Source: Nemertoderma westbladi (taxonomy: Eukaryota > Animalia > Xenacoelomorpha). From it: a DNA stretch of 62,763 nt. Location of the stretch: positions 1-62,763 of the forward strand of contig JAUCBJ010005012.1 of assembly GCA_032718475.1 (NCBI GenBank), given 5' to 3'. The position numbers were made by a program, and so were the translations under genes. Shown here piece by piece: positions 12,649-25,072 of this stretch. Under the pieces are notes generated by a model that saw only the letters and a program-made list of their open reading frames with translations, did not search any database and was not told the origin of the DNA. Numbering within the stretch: the stretch's first letter is position 1; the number at the start of each line of letters is the position of its first letter.

Positions 12649-14059
12649 CCGCTCCCAGAAAATGGGATTTAAGTCTATAAAATATAAAAAATCACAGTTT
12701 CTAAAATACAAAAATACTCTTAAACTATTAGTCCTTCTTTCGTGAACGGCATTTACAAAGTTCTTGAGACTAGTAAGAGTCTTTTTCTCTTTGGGGCGAG
12801 CCACTTTACTAGGAGGGCTATAACTCCTGGGTGAGGGGTGCAATACAATTGCATCCAAAGGTTTCGGATTACGGTCAGTGTATCCGCCGGTCGAGGTACC
12901 GATGGTCCGATGGTATCGATGGTTCTCTCCAATTTGCGTTCTCTGGCTTTATATTCATATGGTCATCTATGAACTTCTTGTAGCTCTGGATGCGAGTTTA
13001 TGAACAAGTCGCCGTATTCCGGATCTTGGCGGATGAAGTTGATCAAGTTATAGGAATTCAGGTTATTAGGATTAATATTCCTAAGATACTTGCGAACATA
13101 TTTTGTGACGGGATCTACGGATCCCGGTTTATCCGTTTGGGTTTTCTGCCCGCGCGTCCCCGCCGTGTGTGAAAGGTAAAAGAGTTCTGATGTTGGGTAA
13201 TATGTATAAAGGTATAATAGTCTGACAGTTGATATAATATAGTATGACACAATAGGTAATATATAATGGCGGTAGCGGACGGTGACAGAAGTCCCCGTTC
13301 CACCCTACTGATCTGACTGAGTAAACTGAATAACTGACCGGTATGATTACTGGTAACTGGTTATATTGCACGGTGGCCTTATTGCTACTCAATCGATGCC
13401 TTTCCCCCCTCTGATTGGTTGATACCCCTGTTGGCACCCTTTGCCCCCCTCTGAAGTGCTTCCCTTCGCCCTTGCTGTTCTCTCTCTTGTCAGGGGAGTA
13501 ACCCCTGACCCTTATTGTGTGTGTCTCCTTTGGGGCCTATTGTCCCCGTTTACTGGGCTGACACGAGGTTGATTGGTAATCAACCTCGTGCTCCCAATAT
13601 TGCTTTATGGCTCACTCTATGGGTTTGGGTTAGCGGAATTGGATAAGCTAACACTCCCCCCCATGCTATCTTCCCGGTAAGAAGATAGCATCCAACTCAA
13701 GTGCGCTACAATTCCGCTGGATCCCGATCTATTATCGGGTGTGGGGTGGGTCTATTTTTTCGGAGTCGGCTTTCCAGGCCGTTCCCTATGGGTATGATGT
13801 CACAACCCTCTGGCGTCTCGTGTCGGGCCGATCGTGCGCTTCTCTCACACAATTTTTGTTTCCCCAACACTCTCACCACTCTACTCCAACTCTCGCATAC
13901 TCCCGGACCTCCTCGTCCCACACTCTTCCTCTCACTTCTCCTCCCCCACACTTGAATTGCGCCCACGCTCTCTTCGCACTCCGCACTATTACCTCTCCAC
14001 TCTCTTGTCACTCCCTAAGGCTTTAATCTCTAATGCTACCCCTGTGCTATCATACTATC

Positions 14060-15230
14060 TACCTACTGCTTACTAACTCTAACTATCTAACTAACTCTGC
14101 TAACTACTAACTCTTACTACTTCTAGCTCTGACTGAGAGCCTCTAACTTTCTACTGACTCTAACTCTCTACTAACTTTCTACTTCTACTAACTCTACTTG
14201 ACTCCTCTGAGTCTACCAACTCTGCTAACTAGCTCTACTAACTCTACTCCACTAGCTCTGCTAACTCTACTCCACTAGCTCTGCTAACTCTACTAACTAG
14301 CTCTACTAACTCTACTCCACTCTTCTAACCACTCTACTATCTGGCACCCTTTGTGCCCTTCTACTACTCAACTACCTCTCTAACACTCTAACCCTACTAC
14401 TTGGCACCCTATGTGCCCTCTCTACTACCTCTAACACTCTAACTCTACTACCTGGCACCCTATGTGCCCGTCTCTACTATTCTACTCTCTGGCACCCTAT
14501 GTGCCCTCTCTGCTACCTCTACTCTACTTTACTACCTGGCACCCTATGTGCCCTCTCTACTCTTCTACTACCTCTCTAACTCTACTACCTGGCACCCCAT
14601 GTGCCCGTCTGTACTCCTCTACACCCCCTTTACGTCTCATCGCCTACACGTGACGCTCTGAGTGCCGGCAGAGTGGGTACGTTAATTATGTGAACTACTA
14701 CTGACTCTACTAACTCTCTTCTAACTCTACTAACTCTTTTTGTGCCCGGCACCTCTTGTGCACGGCACCTTCTAACTCTACTAACTCTCTACGTGGCGCT
14801 AACGGTGCCCACAACCACAACCGGTACTACGTACCCTCTTACTAACTCTACCTCTATCTACGTGGCGCTAACGGTGCCCACAACCACAACCGGTACTACT
14901 ACGTACCCTCTTACTAACCTCTAACTCCCACTAACTCTAATTAACATACCCTGCTCTTACATCACACACATCATCACGCCCGTGCCCCACTAAGTTCAGC
15001 GCATTCCCTACTAACTCTAACTACGTGGCGCTTACGGTGCCCACAACCCTCTACTGCTACTACTTTCTATGTGGCGCTTACGGTGCCCACAACCATTCTA
15101 CTACTAACTCTACTCTGCTAACTCTCTACTAACGGTACTACGTACCCTCTAACTAACTCTAACTCTAACTAGGTACTACGTACCACCCTTTAACTAACTA
15201 ACTAACTAACTACCTAACTTCTACCTACTC
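14060..15230. repeat. Pyrimidine-rich (plus strand) low-complexity tandem repeats in the LTR element's 3' spacer
   Basis: CTAACT/CTACT arrays with recurring GGCACCCTATGTGCCC and GTGGCGCT(A/T)ACGGTGCCCAC hairpin-like units. Confidence 0.8.
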
Positions 15231-15257
15231 TATTATTTAATTATTTTCTTATTTTAA

Positions 15258-18200
15258 TTAAATAATTATTTTGTATTTTGTGCGTGGGAAGGGCGTCTCG
15301 CCCTCATTCCCACCCCCCTCAGCCCAAAACTTTGGACGACTAAAAACTCTCAGGTGCCCCTTCTTCCAGTAGGCACTCTCCTGCTGCCCTCCTATACGTC
15401 CTCTAACTCTTCGCCACACTCTCTTCGGTGCCACCTTTGCTGGCCTCCCCCTTCGTATGTGCGCTGGCATTAGAGCCCTCGACGACCCCCGCTCGTCCCT
15501 CGGTATACGCGGTGTCTGCCCGTGCAATGCCCCCTCGCACTGTGTCCGTCCTGCGTGTGTATGCAACACGCCTCCTCCTACTTTCCCGACTCCCTTATGT
15601 TTGCTCATGGGCTTCTCTGCCCCTGGTCTAGTCCTTTCATATCCTCTCCCTTTCCAACACTCTCCGGATCTGTGTCCTTTTACCACACATCGATGACATA
15701 GTCCGTTTGCGTCTGTGTAGGCTACACGATCTCGTTTGGGCAACGCTTGCCAATACTTGCAACTCCTGGTCTTATGGGTTCCGTCCCGATGTAATTGACA
15801 TTGGAATCCTGGATTATAGCGTTTCCTGTATAGTCCTTCACGTATCGCGCTTAGGTTTATATGTACCGATTTAATGTTTTGGTTGTCTAGACTCGGCCTA
15901 CTGGGTGTATTGGGATTGTGTTTATTATATATGGTGTTATTTTCTTTCTGTCCCTGCCACGGTGTGGCCCTACTACCAGCTAACTGTGGACTGGTAGTCC
16001 CCTGTATGGCCGCGTGTGGTGGTGACTGTCCGCACGACCTGTTCTCGTCCAGGGAGTTCGATGTTCTCGCTCCTATCGGGGTACATTGTCGATATTGTGA
16101 TGGGGGAATGTCACCCTGTCCCCCCCCAGCCGGTATGTTTGGTACTGGGGTTGATGTTAATATATTGGGGCCCATACGTCTATCTCCAATAACTCCCCCC
16201 TCCCCTGGATATATGTTATGTCCCTGTGTATTATTATAGTCATGCTGCTGTACCGATATAGGCCTACCTACCTCTCGCCTACCTGCCGGTATGTACTCCG
16301 CGACTTCCGGGTTTAATCCCGTCATTCGCGCTACCCCATCGCCTACTCTATCTCTCCCAGCATGGCCTATAATAGTATGTGCAGTAAGGCCTACAGTATG
16401 TCCTGCAGTCTGCATGTGCCCTTCCGAACCGAAGTTTATTCTTCGCGAATCTCGAATCTCCCCGCGACTACCGTACTCTCGATCGGCAGCTATATCACGT
16501 CGGGAAGTTTCCCTTCGATCCCCTATCCTGCTCTCGTCTTCGTATTTGTATGTCCTGTACCCCTCTCTTGGCGTGCGGTGCGTTTCTCCGGGGCGACGGC
16601 AATCTCCCGAAGTTCGACCCCACTGGCTCCCTGACTCCATCTCTACTATCGACGGTTCGTTATCCGTCCTCGCACTCCTATCATTCGTGGCGACACCTTT
16701 TCTACTATCTCCTCTTCTTCTCTTTTCAGTGCAGTATTCCGGCTCATGAGATCTCTCGTCGACCTCCCGGTTAAACTCCACTCTTCTTCCTCCCTCTTCT
16801 AATCGGGCTCGACGCTTCGTCTGCCCTCTCGCGACGTCAACCTGCCTCTCTCTACTCGATCGCACGCCGCTGGGGATACTCGCAATCCCCCTATTACTCT
16901 CCGTCGCCGGGTGTTGCGGTTTACCTAGCTCGGCCCGCGCATTATCCGCTGACGGCTGTGGGACACTCTCTGCCCCCCCTCTCTCTCTACTAATCTCTCG
17001 CGGTGGGGTGCCCGTAGCCCCCCCCCCACCCGCCACTTCTAACTTCACTATCTCTTACTACACTTCTGCGTCCCTCTTGTGGGGCATTCTCTGCCCCCCC
17101 TCTCTCGCCACTAATCTTATGTGGTGGGGCGCCGGTAGCCCCCCCCCACCCGCCACATCTAACTTCAATATCTCTTACTTCGTCTCTACACCCCTCTCTA
17201 GTCGACGCACTGTCTCTACTACTGCTGGGTCCATTCACCCCCGCCTCTCTCTCTACTACTGCGTGGCCCATCAGGCCCACTTCGGGTTGGCTCAACCCCG
17301 CTACCTCCTGCCTACCAACTACGTGGCCTACCAGGCCGCCGTCGGGTTGGCTCAACCCTGCCACTTCCTGCCTACTAACTACGTGGCCTACCAGGCCCTC
17401 GTCTGCTGAGTTATGTACGTCCGACACGCTCACATTAATAGCACCATTCCCAATATTATTTGTTAAATCAATTAAATTATTAGAATTTGAAACAGGATTA
17501 TTATTTAAATTATTTAAATTATTTAGGTGGCTACTATTCTCTAAACTTAAATTATTATCCGAATTATTTTGCGGGTTTGAATTGAAATTATTATTTAGAA
17601 TATTTGTATTTAAATTTAAATTACTACTACCCGGTAAAATATTATTTCCTGTAATAAAGGGATTAGGGTTATTTACTACGGTACTATTAATATTAACTGC
17701 TTCTAACGTACTACTATTACCCCCCCCGCCCGTGCGGCTACACCAGTTCTGGTTCTCTCGCCCGGTGCCTGTAAGTGGGGGCTCACTCTCTGATATCTCC
17801 AACCGCGCCAGTTCTAGTCGGCGCTGGTCTAATTTGGCTTGATATTGCGCAAGCCCCCCTATCCAGGCACGCAAATTATCCCGCCTGCGCTCATCCTCTA
17901 TCCCCATCTCTCGCATATTCTGCTCGGTCAACTCTGCCCCTCTCGCAAGCATCTCAAACTGCTCGCTCTCTACACCCATCTCTAGCTCTCTACACTCCTT
18001 GGCCCTCTCTCTATACTCCTCGGCCTTCTCTCTACACTCCCTCTCCAACTCTACAGTCTCCTCTGAGAGTGTGGTTTCCCTTCTCAATTGCCACTCTAAC
18101 CATTCCTGCTTACTCGCAGCCGTTTCTAATTTATACTCTATGCGTTCACTCTGTCGCACCCGTCTTTCTTTTACGGAGGATGTAGCAGACTTATCGGTTG

Positions 18201-18987
18201 CGACGGACTCCCGTCGCCCCTCCGTCCCACTAACTTTCCCCCGCTTCCCGGAACTTCCTCCGACCGACGAGACCGAATCCTCGAAATTAACCTCGGATTC
18301 GCCCTCCCCAGGTCTTCTAACTCTTACTTTCACTCCCCGGGCATCGACTAAGTATGGCCCTACGTACACTACGCTAGGTTCCATACCCCCACATTCCCAT
18401 AGTTCAATCAGTTCGTTGACAACTCCCCTCGTCCTCTCCTCGGCTAATTCTCTCTGCCCAAAACACACTAGGTGATCAAAGTATCTGTTCGACTCACCTA
18501 GTCCTTTCCTCAGTCTCACCTCGTCTACCTTCGCCCCCTCCTTGGCCTCTCTCAGTTGCTCCCGGGTCGCGAGGTAGGCCCGTCGAAGTCGATCAGAAAC
18601 CCCGACGTCCTCGTCGCCGACCTCTCTTCCGTCTCTCCGGGTCCGACGTCGTACCGACGGCCCCACCGTCGCCGTTCCGGTGGACCGTTTGTCGTCCTCG
18701 GCCTGTGGCGGACCGGCGACATCGGTTCGTCGACCCTCGCTCCGCGTCGACTCGTCTTTCTCTTCTCCTCCCGACTCGTCTCCTCTACTCGACTCGCTCT
18801 CTCCTGGTAGACGACCCCCCACACCTTGGTTCGCCGTGTTGCTCGTTATCGACGTGGCGTCAACGTGCGTCGACGTGGTCGGCGTAGCATCGACCGGCGT
18901 CGTGGGTTCGCATCGTCTCGCCGTGGCCTCGCGGATCGTTATATCGTCGTCCGGGGTCCGCGGCGGTGTCGTTCCTCTCTCTCTCAT
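15258..18987 (-). CDS. Gag-like protein (~1240 aa if a 1-nt homopolymer insertion at ~17018-17027 is removed)
   Basis: Coiled-coil and Asn-rich segments; BEL-type knuckles CQLHRDGTHKTRSC and LCHRCVVKGHRSGEC. The duplicated block has 9 C in one copy and 10 C in the other, which explains the frameshift. Confidence 0.7.
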
Positions 18988-19726
18988 CGTCGTCTTTGGT
19001 AGCTGGTCGTGGCTAGCTAGGACGGTAGCTCTATTCTATCTCTGTCAGGGCAGCTGGGCGGATCTAATTCTGTCACTGTGACGGGATCTACGGATCCCGG
19101 TTTATCCGTTTGGGTTTTCTGCCCACGCGTCCCCGCCGTGTGTGAAAGGTAAAAGAGTTCTGATGTTGGGTAATATGTATAAAGGTATAATAGTCTGACA
19201 GTTGATATAATATAGTATGACACAATAGGTAATATATAATGGCGGTAGCGGACGGTGACAGAAGTCCCCGTTCCACCCTACTGATCTGACTGAGTAAACT
19301 GAATAACTGACCGGTATGATTACTGGTAACTGGTTATATTGCACGGTGGCCTTATTGCTACTCAATCGATGCCTTTCCCCCCTCTGATTGGTTGATACCC
19401 CTGTTGGCACCCTTTGCCCCCCTCTGAAGTGCTTCCCTTCGCCCTTGCTGTTCTCTCTCTTGTCAGGGGAGTAACCCCTGACCCTTATTGTGTGTGTCTC
19501 CTTTGGGGCCTATTGTCCCCGTTTACTGGGCTGACACGAGGTTGATTGGTAATCAACCTCGTGCTCCCAATATTGCTTTATGGCTCACTCTATGGGTTTG
19601 GGTTAGCGGAATTGGATAAGCTAACATATTTAGTTGCTCTTAGCTAGGAGTGCGAGATTTTTGTTCGACGGAAGCAAAGAGATATGGGTGAAACGCATAG
19701 ACTCCTTCATATGCACGTCCGGGATA

Positions 19727-21313
19727 CTATCGATGATGTGATTCGCAATGGAGATCCGCATTAGCTTCCCAAGCTCTGATGTAACGCAGGGCAACTATTT
19801 CGTCTACGCTCTCTAGATCTCGGTTGAAAGGGCAATCGAAACTTGCGTGTCCTTTGAACTGACAATGGTGACATTGAGTCATAAATTGAGGACAGACTGC
19901 GAAGATGTGTAGATTATTGAGTCTACAATACGCACAATAAATCTCCATAGCAAGTTGATCTTTAAAGTAGGAGCAGGGTACGCTGGAGTCCACCGGGGTA
20001 AAGTGATCTCGTGATGCGCATAATCGGCAACGTTTCCTAGAAACATAATTGGCATGCCGATAATCGTATGCTGTGAGACATTGTGGACCATGATACCATT
20101 CCAGCACATAATCATTGTCGCTGCTCCTGGGCGCTATGGGTTGAATCTCCTCGGACTCCAAGCAAATTGGTTCTTCTTCCACTTGCATAGCTGAGGTAGG
20201 TGCAGCTGTTTCCTCAAGTGAACCCACTGTTTGAACTTCCACAATAGAATAACCTGTGGGAATTCGGGGTCTTTGTATGACAGATGAATGTAGGTTCTGT
20301 ATACAAACATCCTTAAAAATGGTGAATCCAGCGCTGTCCAACTTCTCAGCAGCTGAGTCTCTTAAGCTGAGCTTGGTCAAAGCGCGGTCCTTGAACTGAC
20401 TATCAATGTTGCGGAACGGAGTCAGAAAGCGCCTAAAGCATTTGAATCGGATGAATTTATTGTGTTCATTTAGCTTGGCGAGTTTGGTTCCAAGCAGTAA
20501 GGGATGAGCGCGTATAGTGCGACTGCACACATTGGCTAGCCAACCAGCAAGTGCAGCGTTCTCGAAAATAGTGTATATAGCTAATGAGGGACGGAGTGGA
20601 ACACTCATAAAGCTATAGACGACGCCAGGTGCGGTTAATGGTCCGTCAAAATATAATCGAGAATAATGGTCTCCATATATTTGTTGGTAACTGACAGGAT
20701 TTCCAACTTTGAAATTCCATCCGTATTCTTGGAAGGCAAGATGTCCGATAGAGGTTCTTTGTACTTTATTGATTCCGCTTGATGTATTGGCATACATGGT
20801 TCGGAAGAAACCTCGGCCTTCTGCCCAGGGTGCAATCAGCTGGGTGTCTACGAAAGGATATGGGATATTCTCCATGTTTCTAAAGTCATTTGGGAGATCT
20901 CCATAAACAGCTGAGCCGATTTTAAGGATTCTCTTGTCAAACAGCATCTCGAGCACTGGCAGGGGTAGCATAGATCCATCTATACCCATGGCTGGTTTGC
21001 GCTCGGTATCGTTAACATAACGCTGTGCGAGTTCGAATTGTCCATGTTGGAGTTTCTTTTGTATCTCTGTGAGAGTCTCAAAAGAATAATCGATCAAGTC
21101 GGAACACGCTCGAGTAAATACATGAGTAGAACCAGCTAGTCCTCGTATGTGTATCATTCGCGTAGTTCCCAGTTCTCCAACCAGAATGCTACCTTCGTTA
21201 TCATAAGTGACAACTCCATACATTTCGATAACGTTAAGAGTTTCGTTCCACTCTTTGGTGGCATTTTCTATGGTCATACCCACTGGATGCCATAAGGTTG
21301 CGCGTTCGCTTAC
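19727..21313 (-). pseudogene. ORF3 C-terminal part: DEDDy/WRN-like 3'-5' exonuclease domain plus 3 zinc knuckles
   Basis: ExoI-like VVTYDNEG, ExoII-like ILKIGSAVYGDL, then FVDTQLIA..SIGHLA..GPLT..VVYSFMS. Knuckles CRLCASRDH, CAYCRLNNLHIFAVC and CHHCQFKGHASFDC. Confidence 0.65.
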
Positions 21314-21888
21314 GTTACACGGTGTGCCTGAAATCGAATCTTGGGACTTGAAAATGCCCAGGCAAAAGGAGACTATTTCTAGGATCAGTTTTCTGCGCTG
21401 AATTCAGAAAAAGAAAAACAATAATATTTTATGGAGCCCTTCGGGATTTATTTACTAATATTTATTTATTTAACTAATATTAGTAATAGTATTATAAATT
21501 TATGTAACTGAAAATGCCCAGACAAAGTGAGACAATTTCTAGGATCAGTTTTCTGCGCTGAATTCAAAAAAAAAGAAAAACTAAATGATTTTATGGAACT
21601 CTTCACGATTTATTTACTGAATATATAATTAATTAACTAATATTGATAATAATAGTAGGCCTACCGGTATGAATTTATTTAACTACGAGTGTCCGGGCAT
21701 AATATTCGGCTACCATATATGAGTCGAATATATCAAATCAACTGGACTGTCGCTACATTTACACCAGATTACTTCGTAGTTTTGATGGGGAAGGATACAG
21801 CTTGATCAAGTGGAAGAGAAATTAAAGAAACAATGTTCAATTCAAGTAAACAAGCCGTATATTAAACACAGGCCAAATAGCGACTATG

Positions 21889-24034
21889 CTAGACGTGCTT
21901 AGAGTTATACTCAGTAACGGCCTGGAACAAGTGGCGTCCGAAAGAAGGGTGTTCAATGCCAACTTTATACTTCAACCAGGTTTGCATAAAGTCATAATGC
22001 ACAGACTCTGAAGCTTGCTCACTAAAGTAACCAAGAGCTAAGTTTCTGCTCTTGCAGAATTGGACTACATGAAAGAACATAGCATGCACTTTTGGTGTCA
22101 CACTGATGTTGAGAGTCATATATAGCTGCTGGAATTTACCAATTTTTTGATCAAAGTTAGTTTCTAACTGTTTTCCGAAACAGGATTTGACTACATCGTT
22201 GAAACAATGAAACGTTTCAGTAAAGTCTTTATATTCATTGGAACAGATCTGACGAAGTTTGTCCACAGCTTTTAGAAGTGTTCTACATGAATTGCCATTA
22301 AATGTGCCACCATGTAGGGCATCGCGTTGAACATTACAGGCTTGTGGCCACTTGATAATGTCAGGCCAAACCTTGGAAAGGCCATCATACATGGTGTTAA
22401 CAGTGCCTGTCAACAGGTACAGTTCTGGTGGTGGAATTAAATCTAGCACCAAACTTTCCTTATTTCCTATTTCAATTGGAACATGAGCACAGTTTGCAAA
22501 CTTCTTAGCCTTTTTACCATCCCGCGCAGTCTCACTATTCCACGACCAAAAATGTTCTTCAATGTTCCTCAGTGTTCGCATTGTGCCAATCTCTACTAGA
22601 TTAGACCGGTGTGACTCACACCAACAACAAGGATAACTACCACCATGAGCCATAAGCCCAACGATGATATTTGCAAGCTTTAGATCACAGGCAATAAATG
22701 GAGATGGTGATAGCTTGGCAAATGTAGGCGATAGATCAAGCTTAAGCCAAATCTTTAGAAGATTCGTGTAGCTTTCCTGTACGTCTGGGGCAGTAAAGAG
22801 AATAATTATTCTTTTTACACCACTTTCCAACCGATTTTTTGCAGCAACTCCATCAGTATAACAATGTCGATGAGTTTTTTCAGTGTTGCTGGCAGAAATC
22901 GAAGAGTTTGGAATTGACACCAAACTTAAACACAATTTCATGAAACCACCTCCACCATCAATGCCTATCTTCCACTGCAATGAGCGATCAAAGCTTTCCC
23001 GCTGTTGGATTATATACTGCACCAGATTCTCTGTATTGGTGCAAAAAACTGCACTCCTTGGAGATGTCTCAAATTTATTACCATTAGCTTCCTTTGCTAT
23101 AAAATTCATGACCTGAACATCGAAAAATTGGTCCAGTTGATGATTAGTTTTTTGCAAGTTTTCCCTTAAATGTGGCTCTATAACACATCTATGTACGAAT
23201 GTGAGTGGCTAGACGTATCAACTTGTTGGAACTCAGATTTAAATCAACCTGTATTTGAGACATATCCTCGGTAGTAAACAAGGTACGCTTAGCTGTCGAG
23301 CACTGACTAACTTCCTCTGTACCTTCTAGTCGACGTTTCGATCCAACTTCAATATGCAAAGACCAACCACCGTTACTTTTACTCAAGTTTAATTGCGAAG
23401 TGGATGCAGAATTATCATCAGTTGCCTGGTTTATTAGATTCCTAGTAAGCTTTTCTTTGGTCGAGGGTGTTGCTGCAAGTTCAGCTAAATTAGCAACTCG
23501 AGTTGAGCGGTTACATGTATGACTCAAACCGGGTCCTACTGTTGAAAAGCAGAAACTGCACAACTTAATTGCTTTTGGTGCACTTCCAGCAATATCTGTG
23601 CCAGGGATAGGCCCAATTTGTTGTTTAGATGGAGGGTGACCCCGTCGATCATGTGGAGAATGGTCGGTTGGAAGCCTTTCCACTCCACCGAGGGCAGATA
23701 TTCTCGCTGCCTTGCAAACAAGACATAAACATTCTCCGCCGACGTTTGAAAAGTGCGATGCCCTTGTTATCAGCCTGTTAGGAAGTGAGTGGTCGAAAAG
23801 TTTTATTTTACGCATAAACTTTCCCTTGGAATAGTCCTGGAGCGCAGTACGACACTTTGAGCATATAGATGTCGGCAAACGATCATCGTTGGAACTGTAA
23901 CCTTCCTTGATAACGAACAATCGTATTAGTTCCTCGTGTTTTTCGTTAATCTTCCACATTTCTTTCGTTTTACCGAAACATAAAGCACAAATTGCATTCC
24001 GGGCATCTTCATGGCTTCTAACCTGTTTAGGCAT
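21889..24034 (-). pseudogene. Chapaev transposase, frameshifted at ~23190
   Basis: N-terminal Chapa-type zinc finger (H-x7-CALC..DDRLPTSICSKC). Core motifs GIDGGGGFMK, CDLKLANI..YPCCWC, PPELY (H>Y), TPKVH and SEQASESVH. Confidence 0.82.
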
Positions 24035-24138
24035 TATATTCTACCAGTAAGAAACAAATTAAATTAATTTACAGTAATGAAGAGGTACCAGGAATAACGG
24101 TATATCACAGAACTTGTAATTCAGAACATTGATTCAGT

Positions 24139-24295
24139 ATTCGATTTGAATTTCCCTCTCCATTCTACAAATTTGTAGAATGGAGAGGGAAATTCAAATC
24201 GAATTTAATCGACCATTCCATATGCTGGAATTTTAGTCCTGTTACTTTGCAAAGTAACAGGACTAAAATTCCAGCATGGAATGGTCGATTAAATT
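24139..24295. repeat. Two adjacent long palindromes
   Basis: Perfect 66-bp palindrome at 24139-24204; ~94-bp palindrome with a 2-nt bulge at 24202-24295. Confidence 0.9.
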
Positions 24296-25072
24296 AAATT
24301 ATAAATTATATTATTAGATTATATTATTATATTTTGATTTTATTTTTATGTCTATATATTCGCCTGTTTATGTTTGCGTAAATGTAGAATTTACCTAAAT
24401 TCGGTAATATTACATAACTAATATTAAAAGTAACTAATAATATTAAATTATTACGAACGGTCAGTGTAGAAAAGCTGAAAATACTTCCAGTGTACTAACT
24501 ATGTATGGTAGCTGCTCCATATAGCTTATTATGTATGACCTGACATTTATAGTTAAAGAAATTTATAACAATAATTATTATTAATTTTAGTTAATTAATT
24601 AAATAATTTATTAAATAAATGCTGAAGGGCTCCGTAAAATTTTTTCGTTTTTCTTTTTTTGAAATCAGCTCAGAAAACTGACACTAGAAATGGTCTCACT
24701 TTGTCTGGGCATTTTCAGTTAAATAAATTTATAATATTAGTAAATTAATATTGGTTAATTAATTAAATATTCAGTAAATAAATCCTGAAGGGCTCCGTAA
24801 AATTTTTTAATTTTTCTTGTTTTGAAATCAGCTCAGAAAACTGACCCTAGAAATGGTCTCACTTTGTCTGGGCATTTTCAGTTAAATAAATTTATAATAT
24901 TAGTATTAATATTGGTGAATTAATTAAATATTCAGTAAATAAATCCCGAAGGGCTCCATAAAATATTTTCGTTTTTCTTATTTTGAATTCAGCGCAGAAA
25001 ACTGATCCTAGAAATAGTCTCCTTTTGCCTGGGCATTTTCAAGTCCCAAGATTCGATTTCAGGCACACTGTG

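Larger units (their letters stand above)
13104..19626 (-). mobile_element. Young non-autonomous (gag-only) BEL-related LTR element
   Basis: 550-bp LTRs 13104-13653 and 19077-19626 (TG..CA; one mismatch seen); TSD TATTT at 13099-13103 and 19627-19631; PPT at 13654-13662; no pol. Confidence 0.92.
21318..25072 (-). mobile_element. Chapaev (CMC superfamily) DNA transposon
   Basis: TIRs CAC(G/A)GTGTGCCTGAAATCGAATC... with 5'-CAC/GTG-3' ends; 4-bp TSD GTTA at 21314-21317 and 25073-25076; ~170-180-bp subterminal repeats at both ends. Confidence 0.88.

Noticed and set aside
12963-13437. Short ORFs duplicated at 19017-19410
   Set aside because: They lie mostly within the duplicated LTRs and have no coding signature.
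17008-17048. Programmed ribosomal frameshift between the two gag ORFs
   Set aside because: The duplicate block has 9 C versus 10 C, so a homopolymer indel or sequencing error is simpler.
15428-19081. Numerous plus-strand ORFs antisense to gag (likewise within pol regions)
   Set aside because: Shadow ORFs caused by codon and compositional bias.
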